Assembly (NCBI GenBank): GCA_964395795.1
Contig: CAYNBS010000002.1
Span: forward strand, 51,293-115,292
DNA length: 64,000 bases
Source of the DNA: an uncultured Oscillospiraceae bacterium
GTDB taxonomy: Bacteria > Bacillota > Clostridia > Oscillospirales > Oscillospiraceae
Direction of reading: 5' to 3'
Shown here: one piece after another, positions 1-8,219 of the stretch
Layout: the number at the start of each line of letters is the position of its first letter
Numbering within the stretch: position 1 is the stretch's first letter
Program-made: the position numbers and the translations under genes
The notes under the pieces: generated by a model
Databases searched by the model: none
What the model saw: the letters and a program-made list of their open reading frames with translations, nothing else
Told to the model about the DNA's origin: nothing

Positions 1-178
1 CGGTGAACTGCGTAAGCGGCCGGTCAACGCCCAGCACATAGGCATCCTGCTCCTCCCCATCCGGGGCGAGAACGCCCGGCACATAACCATAGTTTACAGG
101 GTAAATCAGATCGGGATAGCGTGGGTGCGCACTTCCAAGCGGGCGATCCATCACCACCGTGACACGATCCCCGATCAC
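1..178 (-). CDS. inorganic diphosphatase-like protein, 5' part only (gene runs off the window start)
   Basis: Not in the ORF track. The minus-strand frame from GTG 178 reads VIGDRVTVVMDRPLGSAHPRYPDLIYPVNYGYVPGVLAPDGEEQDAYVLGVDRPL. The PVNYGY.P....DGE..D.YVLG pattern matches short soluble pyrophosphatases. GGAGGAG lies 5 nt upstream, and the GTG overlaps the larC stop (GTGA). An alternative in-frame ATG is at 151. Confidence 0.5.
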   Translation of the reverse strand, partial: MIGDRVTVVMDRPLGSAHPRYPDLIYPVNYGYVPGVLAPDGEEQDAYVLGVDRPLTQFT

Positions 179-1347
179 GCCTTCTCCTCCAGCAGCGCCG
201 CGGCCTCCCGGAGCGAGATCCCCCGCGCCCGGGCGACCCGGGCCAGGTCCTCATACTCCGGCTTTTCTCGGCGGACGCCATAACCCTCGGCAATTTTCAC
301 CCGAACCGGCCCCTCCTCGGTCTCCACCGTGCGAAAGCTCCGGCGCAGGGTGTAACGGGGGCACAGAGACTCTCTCACCCCCAGGGTCGTGGTGTGGCGA
401 AACAGGTAGCGGAGGATTGCTTCCCGTTTTTCAGGTTTACATAAAACTGTTAACATAACTGCAGGTCGATTTTTCTTCATGCCGATGGGAGTGGTGAAGG
501 CGTCCAGAGCGCCGGCCTCGAAGAGCCGCTCCAGGGCAAAGCCCAGCTCTTCGCCGCTCATATCGTCCAGATTGCACTTCAGCTCCAGGACCGTCTCCTG
601 TTCCCCGGCAGTCTCCCCCAGCAGAACCCGCAGCACATTGGGCGTTTCAAAGTTCTTATGCCCGGTGCCGATGCCGCTTTTTTCCAGGGTCATGGCAGGC
701 AAGGGGCCGAATTCCCGCACAAAATGTGCCAGCAGCGCCGCGCCCGTGGGGGTGCAGAGCTCCCCTTTTTCCACTCCCGCCCAGATGGGCAGGCCCCGCA
801 GCAGCCGCTCGGTGGCCGGGGCGGGCACGGGCAGGATCCCGTGGGCGCACCTGACGGTTCCGCTGCCCACCGCGATGGGCGCGCAGACGATCTTTTCCGG
901 CGCAAGCTCCTCCAGCAGCCAGCACACGCCCAGCACATCCGCCAAGGCGTCCAAGGATCCCACCTCGTGGAGATGAATGTTCTCCACCGGTTTCCCGTGG
1001 ACGGCGCTCTCCGCCTCCGCGATGCGGCGGTAGACGGCGGCGGCATTCTCCTTCACCTGCTCCGGCCCGTTCAGCGCCCCGATCCGCTCCAGGATCTCCG
1101 CCACGGCGGTGTGGGGGTGGTGGTGACGATGCTCCTCGCCCTCTTCCTCCCCGTGGATGTCCACATGGACGTGGGTCCCGCAGATACCCCGCTTTTCATC
1201 CGGCGCCGCCGATACGGTGACGCCATCGGGCAGCGCGCCGTTCAGCCTTGCCAGAAAGTCCTCCCGATCCGGGTGCAGCTCCAGCAGGGCCGCCAGCAGC
1301 ATATCCCCCGCCGCGCCCATGGCGCAGTCGATATACAAGGTTCTCAT
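175..1347 (-). CDS. larC: nickel-pincer cofactor nickel insertase LarC (DUF111 family)
   Basis: 390-aa ORF. N-terminus is MRTLYIDCAMGAAGDMLLAALL, with a His-rich stretch HGEEEGEEHRHHHPH and a C-terminal ..VKIAEGYGVRREKPEYEDL. ATGA overlap with larE. Confidence 0.85.
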   Translation of the reverse strand: MRTLYIDCAMGAAGDMLLAALLELHPDREDFLARLNGALPDGVTVSAAPDEKRGICGTHVHVDIHGEEEGEEHRHHHPHTAVAEILERIGALNGPEQVKENAAAVYRRIAEAESAVHGKPVENIHLHEVGSLDALADVLGVCWLLEELAPEKIVCAPIAVGSGTVRCAHGILPVPAPATERLLRGLPIWAGVEKGELCTPTGAALLAHFVREFGPLPAMTLEKSGIGTGHKNFETPNVLRVLLGETAGEQETVLELKCNLDDMSGEELGFALERLFEAGALDAFTTPIGMKKNRPAVMLTVLCKPEKREAILRYLFRHTTTLGVRESLCPRYTLRRSFRTVETEEGPVRVKIAEGYGVRREKPEYEDLARVARARGISLREAAALLEEKA

Positions 1348-2102
1348 AAGCCTGTTCTCCTCCCCTTTGGGTCAAGGGTGACCGAATCAAAATGCAGCGC
1401 CAGCCGCTCCCGGATTTGGGGCAGCAGCTCCCCCGCGCGGGCAAGCTGCTCTGCCGGAACCTGCAGCAGCGCGGCTTTTCCCTCGGTACGGACCCGAAAA
1501 TCCGTAAAGCCCAGGGAGAAGAGATACTCCTCGCTCTCTTCAATGGCCTGCAGCCGCTCCTCTGTAATGGTCTCCCCGGTCTTTACCCGGGTAGCCAGGC
1601 AGGCGTAGGCGGGCTTCGACCAGGTGAACAGTCCCGCCTCCCGGGAAAGGCGGCGGATTTCAGGCTTCGTAAGCCCGCAAAGCCGCAGGGGCGAGAGGAT
1701 CTTCAGCTCCCGCAGCGCCCGCATACCGGGCCGGTCCTCCGCCTCGTCGGAAGCGTTGGTGCCGTCCAGCAGCACCGGGTATCCGTCCCGGGCGGCGGCA
1801 GCCAAAATGCTTGCCATAATATTTCTTTTGCAGTGGTAGCAGCGATCCGGGCCGTTGCGTGCCACCTCGGGACTGCACAGAGCGTCCGCCCGCAGGACAT
1901 GGGGCTCCGCTCCCAGTTCCCGGCAGAGGCGCAGGGCGTCCTCCAATTCAAACCGGGGCTGGAACTGGGTCTTGACGTAGTAGGGCCGCAGGTCGCACCC
2001 GGCGGCAAGGCCCGCGTATAGCAGATAGGCCGAATCCACACCTCCGGAGAAGGCCAGCGCGGCCTTGGGGTGCAGGGCAAAAAAGTCTTGTAACGTCATC
2101 AT
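1344..2102 (-). CDS. larE: ATP-dependent sacrificial sulfur transferase LarE (PP-loop ATPase)
   Basis: 252 aa. PP-loop motif AFSGGVDSAYLL and CYHCKR cysteine region. Sits adjacent to larC and larB. Confidence 0.85.
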   Translation of the reverse strand: MMTLQDFFALHPKAALAFSGGVDSAYLLYAGLAAGCDLRPYYVKTQFQPRFELEDALRLCRELGAEPHVLRADALCSPEVARNGPDRCYHCKRNIMASILAAAARDGYPVLLDGTNASDEAEDRPGMRALRELKILSPLRLCGLTKPEIRRLSREAGLFTWSKPAYACLATRVKTGETITEERLQAIEESEEYLFSLGFTDFRVRTEGKAALLQVPAEQLARAGELLPQIRERLALHFDSVTLDPKGRRTGL

Positions 2103-2134
2103 TCTGTCAGCTCAACTGATTCCTTGGGGAACGG

Positions 2135-2171
2135 ATTGCCACACCAGTGACTTCGGTCACTGGTTCGCAAT
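2135..2171 (-). other. long imperfect stem-loop in the larB-larE gap
   Basis: On the minus strand, ATTGCGAACCAGTGAC-cgaa-GTCACTGGTGTGGCAAT. No U-tract follows it. Confidence 0.6.
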
Positions 2172-2201
2172 GACGTCTCTCCCCTCTCCTGAAGCGCAAA
2201 C

Positions 2202-2954
2202 TCAATCCAAATGATTGATCATGCTGGCCATATAGCCCGCGCCGAAGCCGTTGTCGATATTGACCACCGAGACGCCGCTGGCGCAGGAATTGAGCATGCT
2301 CAGGAGTGCCGCGATCCCGCCCAGAGAGGCGCCGTAGCCCACGCTGGTGGGCACGGCAATCACCGGGCAATCGGCCAGGCCCCCGATGACAGAAGGCAGC
2401 GCCCCCTCCATCCCGGCCACGGCCACGATGACCCGGGCGCTCATGATCTCCTCCATATGACTCAGCAGCCTGTGAATGCCGGAGACGCCCACATCGTACA
2501 GCCGCACCACCCGGTTGCCCAGGGCCTCTGCGGTGACGGCGGCCTCCTCCGCCACGGGCATATCGCTGGTGCCGCCGGTGGCGACCACCACAGTTCCCTT
2601 CCCCGTGGGCTCCGGCAGCACGCCCACGATGCCGGTCTTGGACAGGGGGTCATAGCGCAGGGGCAGCTCTGCCCCCACCAGCGCGGCGGCCTCCGCCGTC
2701 ATCCGGGTGACCAGCACCGTCTCCTGCCCTGCCTCCCGCATGGCGCGGGCGATGCCCAGAATATGCTCCGGCGTTTTCCCGGCGCCGTAAATCACCTCCG
2801 GCACGCCCTGGCGCAAGCCCCGGTGCAGATCCACCTTGGCGTATTCTCCGATCTCCCGGATGGGAGCGGTCTTCAACTTCAGCACCGCCTCCTCCACCCT
2901 GGTGGTCCCGGCGGCAACGCCCTCTAACAGAGCGGTGATTTCCTGTTTATTCAT
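2202..2954 (-). CDS. larB: nickel-pincer cofactor biosynthesis protein LarB (PurE-like carboxylase/hydrolase)
   Basis: PurE-like half with GGTSDMPVAEEA and AVAGMEGALPSVIGG. Start placed at ATG 2954 (MNKQEITALLEG), which overlaps the moaC stop by 8 nt. The track start at 2993 lies inside moaC. Confidence 0.8.
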   Translation of the reverse strand: MNKQEITALLEGVAAGTTRVEEAVLKLKTAPIREIGEYAKVDLHRGLRQGVPEVIYGAGKTPEHILGIARAMREAGQETVLVTRMTAEAAALVGAELPLRYDPLSKTGIVGVLPEPTGKGTVVVATGGTSDMPVAEEAAVTAEALGNRVVRLYDVGVSGIHRLLSHMEEIMSARVIVAVAGMEGALPSVIGGLADCPVIAVPTSVGYGASLGGIAALLSMLNSCASGVSVVNIDNGFGAGYMASMINHLD

Positions 2955-3438
2955 GGACTTCTTCCCCTCTTTGATAGTCCCCGTGGACTCCACCGGTCTT
3001 CTCCAGCAGGCGGATGTCCTCGATGACCATATCCTTCTGCACAGCCTTGCACATATCGTATACCGTCAGCGCCGCCGTGCTCACGGCGGTGAGCGCCTCC
3101 ATCTCCACGCCGGTGCGCCCGTCGCAGGACACGGTGGCCTGGATCTCCACGCTCTGTCGCTTCTCGTCCAGCCAGAGGCGCAGGTCGATGCCGCTGACGG
3201 GCACCGGATGGCACATGGGGATCAGCTCCGGCGTGCGCTTGGCGCCCATGATCCCGGCCACCTGGGCTACGGTCAGCACGTCCCCCTTCTTCATGCCGCC
3301 GCTGCGGATCAGGGTAAAGGTCTCCCGATTCACCAGCACCCGGCCTGCGGCAATTGCCGTCCGGGTGGTGACAGGCTTCTCGCCCACGTCTACCATTTTG
3401 GCCCGGCCCTGCTCGTTAAAATGGGTAAAATCCTTCAT
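2947..3438 (-). CDS. moaC: cyclic pyranopterin monophosphate synthase MoaC
   Basis: 163 aa. Contains MVDVGEKPVTTRTA, ELIPMCHP and TGVEMEALTAVSTAALTVYDM, which are typical MoaC motifs. Confidence 0.9.
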   Translation of the reverse strand: MKDFTHFNEQGRAKMVDVGEKPVTTRTAIAAGRVLVNRETFTLIRSGGMKKGDVLTVAQVAGIMGAKRTPELIPMCHPVPVSGIDLRLWLDEKRQSVEIQATVSCDGRTGVEMEALTAVSTAALTVYDMCKAVQKDMVIEDIRLLEKTGGVHGDYQRGEEVHE

Positions 3439-3488
3439 GGCGTCAGTTCTCCTTCCCGGGAAAATGCGCTTTATTTTGTGATTGGAGC

Positions 3489-4628
3489 TTATCTCCCCGC
3501 GGTTTCACAGGCTGTTTGGTAATAGTAATTCACCAGCAGATCCACACAGGCGCCGTAGCTCTTCAGCCCCAACTCCTGATCATAGCTCTGCAAAAAGCCC
3601 TCGTACACCGTGTTGGACACCTGCTGCACCGGCGTTTCAAACTGCTGCCAGTAGGCGCGGTTCGCGGCAAAGTCCCGGCGCACCGGCTCGCTCAGGCCGC
3701 TGTAGATCTCTTCCCAGGCGGCGTAGTCCGCATTGTGGAGGGCGTTGCCCAGGTAAGTATAGGCCATCAGCGCCGCCGAATAGACAAACTGCGGGTCGCC
3801 GTACTGCAGGCAGGCCAGCACCGCCACGAAATTGGCCTCCTGCTCCTTGGCCACCCCCCGCTGGTGGGCCAGCTCATGGGCCACCGTGGCCGGGAACAGG
3901 CTGGTGGGAAAGTCCATGTTCACGTTGGCCTCCCCGGTAAAGGGGAAGAAAAAGCCGGTGAAATCAATATAACTCATGACCCGGGAGCAGAGCACGCCCT
4001 TGGCCCGAACCTCCGGTCCCTCCAGGCAGGGAAAGTCCTGCTCCAGCTCCGTGTATAGCTCCGGTGAGCGGTTCAGGATCGCCCCCCGGTCCAGATCGCA
4101 GACGCCCTCCTCGTCCCGGGCCACCTGGGGTGCGTACTCGTTTGCGAGGTCGGCAAAATAGGCCGTCACCACCCGCAGCTGCTCCACGGAAATCTTTTCA
4201 TGGGCCAGTCCGCTCTGGGCCATAAAATCGTCCCCGTAATAGAACACGCCCCACAGCAGGCAGAAGCCCCCATAAAATACCGAAGCTGCAGTCAGCAGGG
4301 ACACGAGAATTATGTAAACCTGTTTTGCCCACTCTTTGCGCCGGATCATGCGGACAATTCTGAAAATTATGTAAACCAGTCCGCCCAGGATCACCACCGC
4401 GTAGAAAAGCTCCGCCAGGGAAAAGGGCAGCACATTGGTCACCCGGGCGAGGAAGCGGTGCACCGGGCGCACGAAGCTCCGGGACAGGCTGCGGTTCAGG
4501 GCATAGTTCCCCCTTGTTGCCAGGTGCAGCGTGATGATGAGGGCGCTCAGCGCCAGCAGCACATGCCGAACCGGACACAGCCTCCCTATAGCGGCAAGGC
4601 CGCGTTTTTTCGTCGTCTTGTTCTCCAT
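3489..4628 (-). CDS. DUF3810-like membrane zincin metallopeptidase
   Basis: HELAHQRG (HEXXH) motif and N-terminal TM helices. The track ORF starts at GTG 4757, but that extension runs through the rplT terminator hairpin, so ATG 4628 (MENKTTKKRG) was chosen. Confidence 0.65.
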   Translation of the reverse strand: MENKTTKKRGLAAIGRLCPVRHVLLALSALIITLHLATRGNYALNRSLSRSFVRPVHRFLARVTNVLPFSLAELFYAVVILGGLVYIIFRIVRMIRRKEWAKQVYIILVSLLTAASVFYGGFCLLWGVFYYGDDFMAQSGLAHEKISVEQLRVVTAYFADLANEYAPQVARDEEGVCDLDRGAILNRSPELYTELEQDFPCLEGPEVRAKGVLCSRVMSYIDFTGFFFPFTGEANVNMDFPTSLFPATVAHELAHQRGVAKEQEANFVAVLACLQYGDPQFVYSAALMAYTYLGNALHNADYAAWEEIYSGLSEPVRRDFAANRAYWQQFETPVQQVSNTVYEGFLQSYDQELGLKSYGACVDLLVNYYYQTACETAGR

Positions 4629-4634
4629 GGGCGT

Positions 4635-4664
4635 ATTGTACACCCATTCTATTCCCCTGCGCAA
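4635..4664 (-). promoter_or_regulatory. candidate promoter placing the TSS on the ATG of the DUF3810 gene (leaderless)
   Basis: On the minus strand, TTGCGC, an 18-nt spacer, then TACAAT, then 6 nt and ATG 4628. There is no SD. Confidence 0.3.
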
Positions 4665-4695
4665 GAAGGAAAAAATGGAGCTGCTTTTTGAAATG

Positions 4696-4728
4696 GAAAA
4701 CCCGCCGCCCGAGAGGGCAGCGGGTTTC
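4696..4728 (-). terminator. intrinsic terminator after rplT
   Basis: GAAACCCGCTGCCC-tctc-GGGCGGCGGGTTTTC (one mismatch), followed by a U-rich tract on the minus strand. Confidence 0.7.
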
Positions 4729-4757
4729 AGCCATATTCTGTTTGCCGAAGCACACAC

Positions 4758-5114
4758 TTACTTGGCGGCGTTCTTGGCCAAGTCGCACAGAGCGGTGAAA
4801 GCGGCGGGATCGTGGATCGCAGTCTCGGAGAGCATCTTGCGGTTCATCTCGATGCCGGCCAGCTTCAGACCGTGCATGAACTTGGAGTAGTTCAGGCCGT
4901 TCATCTTGCAGCCTGCGCTGATACGGGTAATCCAGAGCTGACGGAAGTCTCTCTTCTTCTGCTTGCGGCCAACGTAAGCATAGCGGCCGGACTTCATCAT
5001 CTGCTCCTGAGCCATCTTATAGTGACGGGACTTGTTGCCCCAGTAACCCTTCGCCAGACCAAGCACCTTATTTCTGTGCTTGCGGGTCATCATTGCGCCT
5101 TTAACTCTTGCCAT
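4758..5114 (-). CDS. rplT: 50S ribosomal protein L20
   Basis: 118 aa beginning [26 protein letters not shown].., a full-length L20 signature. Confidence 0.97.
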   Translation of the reverse strand: MARVKGAMMTRKHRNKVLGLAKGYWGNKSRHYKMAQEQMMKSGRYAYVGRKQKKRDFRQLWITRISAGCKMNGLNYSKFMHGLKLAGIEMNRKMLSETAIHDPAAFTALCDLAKNAAK

Positions 5115-5144
5115 TTGTCAAATCCTCCTATTTCGCGTCTGCCC

Positions 5145-5342
5145 TTATTTGTAAGGGATCATTTTCTTGATGGTGGCTGCGTTGGTCTCGTCGGCAAAAG
5201 CCTCGGAACGCAGGCGGCGGCAGCGCTTGGTGTCCTTCTTGGTGAGGATATGGCTCTTGAACGCGTGGGCGCGCTTCACTTTACCGGTCTTGGTGAGATT
5301 GAATCTCTTCTTGGCACCGCTGTGGGTCTTCAGTTTGGGCAT
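5145..5342 (-). CDS. rpmI: 50S ribosomal protein L35
   Basis: 65 aa, [36 protein letters not shown]... ATG at 5342. The track ORF is an upstream extension. Confidence 0.95.
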   Translation of the reverse strand: MPKLKTHSGAKKRFNLTKTGKVKRAHAFKSHILTKKDTKRCRRLRSEAFADETNAATIKKMIPYK

Positions 5343-5364
5343 GACTATTTTCTCCTTCCGTGTG

Positions 5365-5937
5365 TTAGCCCTCGACCGTCTCGGTCTTGGGCGCTTTGGG
5401 TTTGGCCGGCTTCTTCGCCGGGGTAACGGGCTTGGGGGACAGGAACATGGACATATTCCGGCCCTCCAGCTTGGGGGCTTTGTCCATATTGGCGACCTCC
5501 GCGCACTGCGCCGCAAAGTCCTTCAGCAGCGTCGCGCCGATGTCGGTATGCGCCATCTCGCGGCCGCGAAAACGCACGGAGACCTTCACCCGGTCGCCGT
5601 CGGACAGGAACTTCTGGGCGTTTTTCAGCTTGGTGTTGAAGTCGTTGGTGTCAATGCCGGGAGACATCCGGATTTCCTTGACCTCCACGATGCGCTGATT
5701 CTTCTTGGCCTCTTTTTCCTTCTTGGTCTGCTCGAAGCGGAACTTGCCGTAATCCATGATCTTGCAGACGGGAGGATTGGAGCCCGGAGCGATCTTGACC
5801 AGGTCCAGCTCTTTCTCTTCCGCGATCCTGAGCGCTTCTGCAGCGGACATAATCCCCAGCTGCTCGCCCTGATCTCCAATCAGGCGGACTTCCTTGTCAT
5901 TGATCTCTTCGTTGATTTGATGAACCGCGTTTGCGAT
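5365..5937 (-). CDS. infC: translation initiation factor IF-3 (non-ATG start, ATC)
   Basis: Contains [49 protein letters not shown] lies 6 nt upstream of ATC 5937. The in-frame ATG at 6000 lies upstream of a terminator-like hairpin. Confidence 0.88.
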   Translation of the reverse strand: MANAVHQINEEINDKEVRLIGDQGEQLGIMSAAEALRIAEEKELDLVKIAPGSNPPVCKIMDYGKFRFEQTKKEKEAKKNQRIVEVKEIRMSPGIDTNDFNTKLKNAQKFLSDGDRVKVSVRFRGREMAHTDIGATLLKDFAAQCAEVANMDKAPKLEGRNMSMFLSPKPVTPAKKPAKPKAPKTETVEG

Positions 5938-6090
5938 GGGAAACACCTCCGAAAAAAATAAGCGCGGACGCACAGCATCCGCGCATAAAAACACCGTCAT
6001 TCCCCAAACCGGGGAAGTGCTTCTATTGACCTCGGCTGGCCTGATTGCCGCCGGGTGAGGCCGGGGATGCCGTACCTGCTTTGTTTTAGC
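5938..6090 (-). promoter_or_regulatory. infC 5' leader, candidate L20-responsive attenuator
   Basis: A leader of about 150 nt runs between the promoter and the infC RBS and ends in a terminator hairpin (5952-5984). The family assignment is by position only. Confidence 0.4.
5952..5984 (-). terminator. attenuator terminator immediately upstream of the infC RBS
   Basis: On the minus strand, GCGCGGA-tgctgtgcg-TCCGCGC followed by TTATTTTTTT, then GGAGGTG and the ATC start. Confidence 0.6.
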
Positions 6091-6096
6091 TCTGAT

Positions 6097-6125
6097 AATA
6101 TATCAGGCGACAAACCCTTTGTCAA
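6097..6125 (-). promoter_or_regulatory. SigA-type promoter of the infC-rpmI-rplT operon
   Basis: On the minus strand, TTGACA, a 17-nt spacer, then TATATT. Confidence 0.65.
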
Positions 6126-6185
6126 GAGCTTTCTGCACATTTTATGCGGATTTTTTCCGGAATATGCACGCTGCTCCTGACAAGG

Positions 6186-7436
6186 TCACTTGTTCTGCTC
6201 ATTCCGGATATATTCCAGGAAATACCCGATACTTCCCGTCTTCAGCTCCACATCCGGTGCCGTTCCTTCGATGTTCATACCGCCTCCCGGACTCTCCCCG
6301 GCAACGATGCTGAAGCGAACCAGCAGACCGGAATTCGGCAGCAACAGCAGCGCAGGGTCGAAGCCCACGCCGTCTCCGGCTGTCTGTGTTCCGATCACGG
6401 TAGCCCAGCCGGTGGACTTGCAGAAGCAGACAAAGGCCTCCGCAGATGAATAAACATTCCCGTTGACAATGACCCAGCGTTTCGCGTTGCTTTGGATCTT
6501 GGGAGTACCCTTGATCTGCAACTCACCAACAATCACGCTGTCCAGGCCAAGCTCCTCCGCCCAGGCCGCCGGGGCTTCCACCTCCTCTAACGGCAGGCTC
6601 TCAGCAAAGAATGCATCGACGATCGCATCCACATAAAGCCGATTTCGCGGTGAATCCCGGTAATACATGCGCAGGCCGACCGCCTGATCCTCTCCGAAGG
6701 GCGCAACGATGTTTGCCATCCAATAGCCGGTGTCACCGCCGGAGTTATTGGAAATATCGAACACAATGTTCTCCGCGTCCGGGTATTGCGCAATGGCCTG
6801 CCAGATCACATCACGATCCCGTTCAACGGCTTCATGCGCAAAGGTCCTGACGGTGATACAGAGGGTACTGCAGTCGGCATACCAGGTGACCTTAACAGGG
6901 GGCAGATAACCCAGGCCGTTGCCATCTGGGCTGCCGGACTCTGTCGAGAGGCTGTAATATCCGGCGTGCGCCGCCGCTTCCACGGTCTCTCGCCAAGGGT
7001 CTATATATTCCATATAAGCACTGTAAAAATACGGAAAGTCTTCCCGGGAGACCACCCAGAGATGCGCGGTGTTCTGCATTGCCAGGAACATTCTTCCCAG
7101 GATCGCGGCAAATTCATCCGCATCCTGCGCCTGCCGCACCTGCTCGGCATAGCTCTCGCGGATCCGATCCACATCCACGCCCTTGCTGCGGAGATAGTCA
7201 AGATAGGGATAGTCTGTCTCCAGCGCCTCCCACAAAAGCTCATAATCGGCGGAATAGGGCCCCTGTTCCTCTGCGGGAGCGTTTGAGGGCTCAGCGGGCT
7301 CCAGCTCGGCAGCCTCCTGCCCGGTGACAGGCGCTTCGCTCTCCTTCGCATCAGAAGGCGCGGTTGCTCCGCATCCGGTCAAGAGCAGGATGGCGCAAAG
7401 AAACGCAAGGATTCTCGTCAGCTCTGCTCTTTTCAT
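6186..7436 (-). CDS. S41-family peptidase lipoprotein
   Basis: Lipobox LLLTGC at the N-terminus. ISNNSGGDTGY and NGNVYSSAEAFV..TGWATVIGTQTAGDG resemble the S41 catalytic domain. Confidence 0.7.
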   Translation of the reverse strand: MKRAELTRILAFLCAILLLTGCGATAPSDAKESEAPVTGQEAAELEPAEPSNAPAEEQGPYSADYELLWEALETDYPYLDYLRSKGVDVDRIRESYAEQVRQAQDADEFAAILGRMFLAMQNTAHLWVVSREDFPYFYSAYMEYIDPWRETVEAAAHAGYYSLSTESGSPDGNGLGYLPPVKVTWYADCSTLCITVRTFAHEAVERDRDVIWQAIAQYPDAENIVFDISNNSGGDTGYWMANIVAPFGEDQAVGLRMYYRDSPRNRLYVDAIVDAFFAESLPLEEVEAPAAWAEELGLDSVIVGELQIKGTPKIQSNAKRWVIVNGNVYSSAEAFVCFCKSTGWATVIGTQTAGDGVGFDPALLLLPNSGLLVRFSIVAGESPGGGMNIEGTAPDVELKTGSIGYFLEYIRNEQNK

Positions 7437-7452
7437 CGATACGGTTCCCCTT

Positions 7453-8136
7453 TTAATACTTCTCGTCCGGCGCGCCCTCGGCCTTCTCCAGCTCCATGGC
7501 CAGCTTCACGATCCGGCTGGTGCCCAGGCGCTCGGCGCCCAGATTGATGAAGTCCTCCGCGTCCTGCAGGGAGGAGATGCCGCCGGCGGCCTTCACCTTC
7601 ACCTGGGGGGCCACATTGGCCCGCAGCAGAGCCACGTCCTCCCGGGTGGCGCCGCCCTTGGAGAAGCCGGTGGAGGTCTTGATGTACTCGCAGCCGCAGT
7701 CGGACACGATGTGGCACAGGCGGACCTTCTCCTCATCGGTCAGCAGGCAGCACTCGATGATGACCTTCAGGAGCTTGCCGCGGGTGGCCTCGCGCACAGC
7801 GGCGATGTCCTTCTGCACACCGTCCCAGCAGCCGTCCTTCACCATGGAGAGGTTGATGACCATATCCACCTCGTCCGCGCCGTTTTCAACGGCGTCGCGG
7901 GCCTCGAAGGCCTTGGCGGCGGTGCTCATATAGCCGTTGGGGAAGCCGATGACGGTGCAGATCTTCAGCCGGTCGCCCACATAGCGCTTGGCGCCGGGGA
8001 CGTGGCAGGGCGGGATGCAAACGCTGGCGCAGTTGTATTTGATGGCCTGGTCGCAGAGCTTGCGAATCTCTTCCGAGGTGCAGTCCACCCGCAGAAGGGT
8101 GTGGTCGCATTTTTCCAGGATTTCTTTCAGTTCCAT
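7453..8136 (-). CDS. deoC: deoxyribose-phosphate aldolase
   Basis: 227 aa. Contains DHTLL, VCIPP, VIGFPNG, EVDMVIN and YIKTSTGF (Schiff-base Lys region). Confidence 0.9.
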   Translation of the reverse strand: MELKEILEKCDHTLLRVDCTSEEIRKLCDQAIKYNCASVCIPPCHVPGAKRYVGDRLKICTVIGFPNGYMSTAAKAFEARDAVENGADEVDMVINLSMVKDGCWDGVQKDIAAVREATRGKLLKVIIECCLLTDEEKVRLCHIVSDCGCEYIKTSTGFSKGGATREDVALLRANVAPQVKVKAAGGISSLQDAEDFINLGAERLGTSRIVKLAMELEKAEGAPDEKY

Positions 8137-8219
8137 AATATGACTCCTTTACACATAGGTTGGCAGTATTATACCCTCTTTTGCCCGCATATTCAAGTCC
8201 CAAGGCCGCATACAGTGGG

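Noticed and set aside
24-293. 89-aa minus-strand ORF and 99-aa plus-strand ORF at the window start
   Set aside because: They are out of frame with, and overlap, larC and the pyrophosphatase-like gene. Their translations are Arg/Pro/Gly-rich nonsense.
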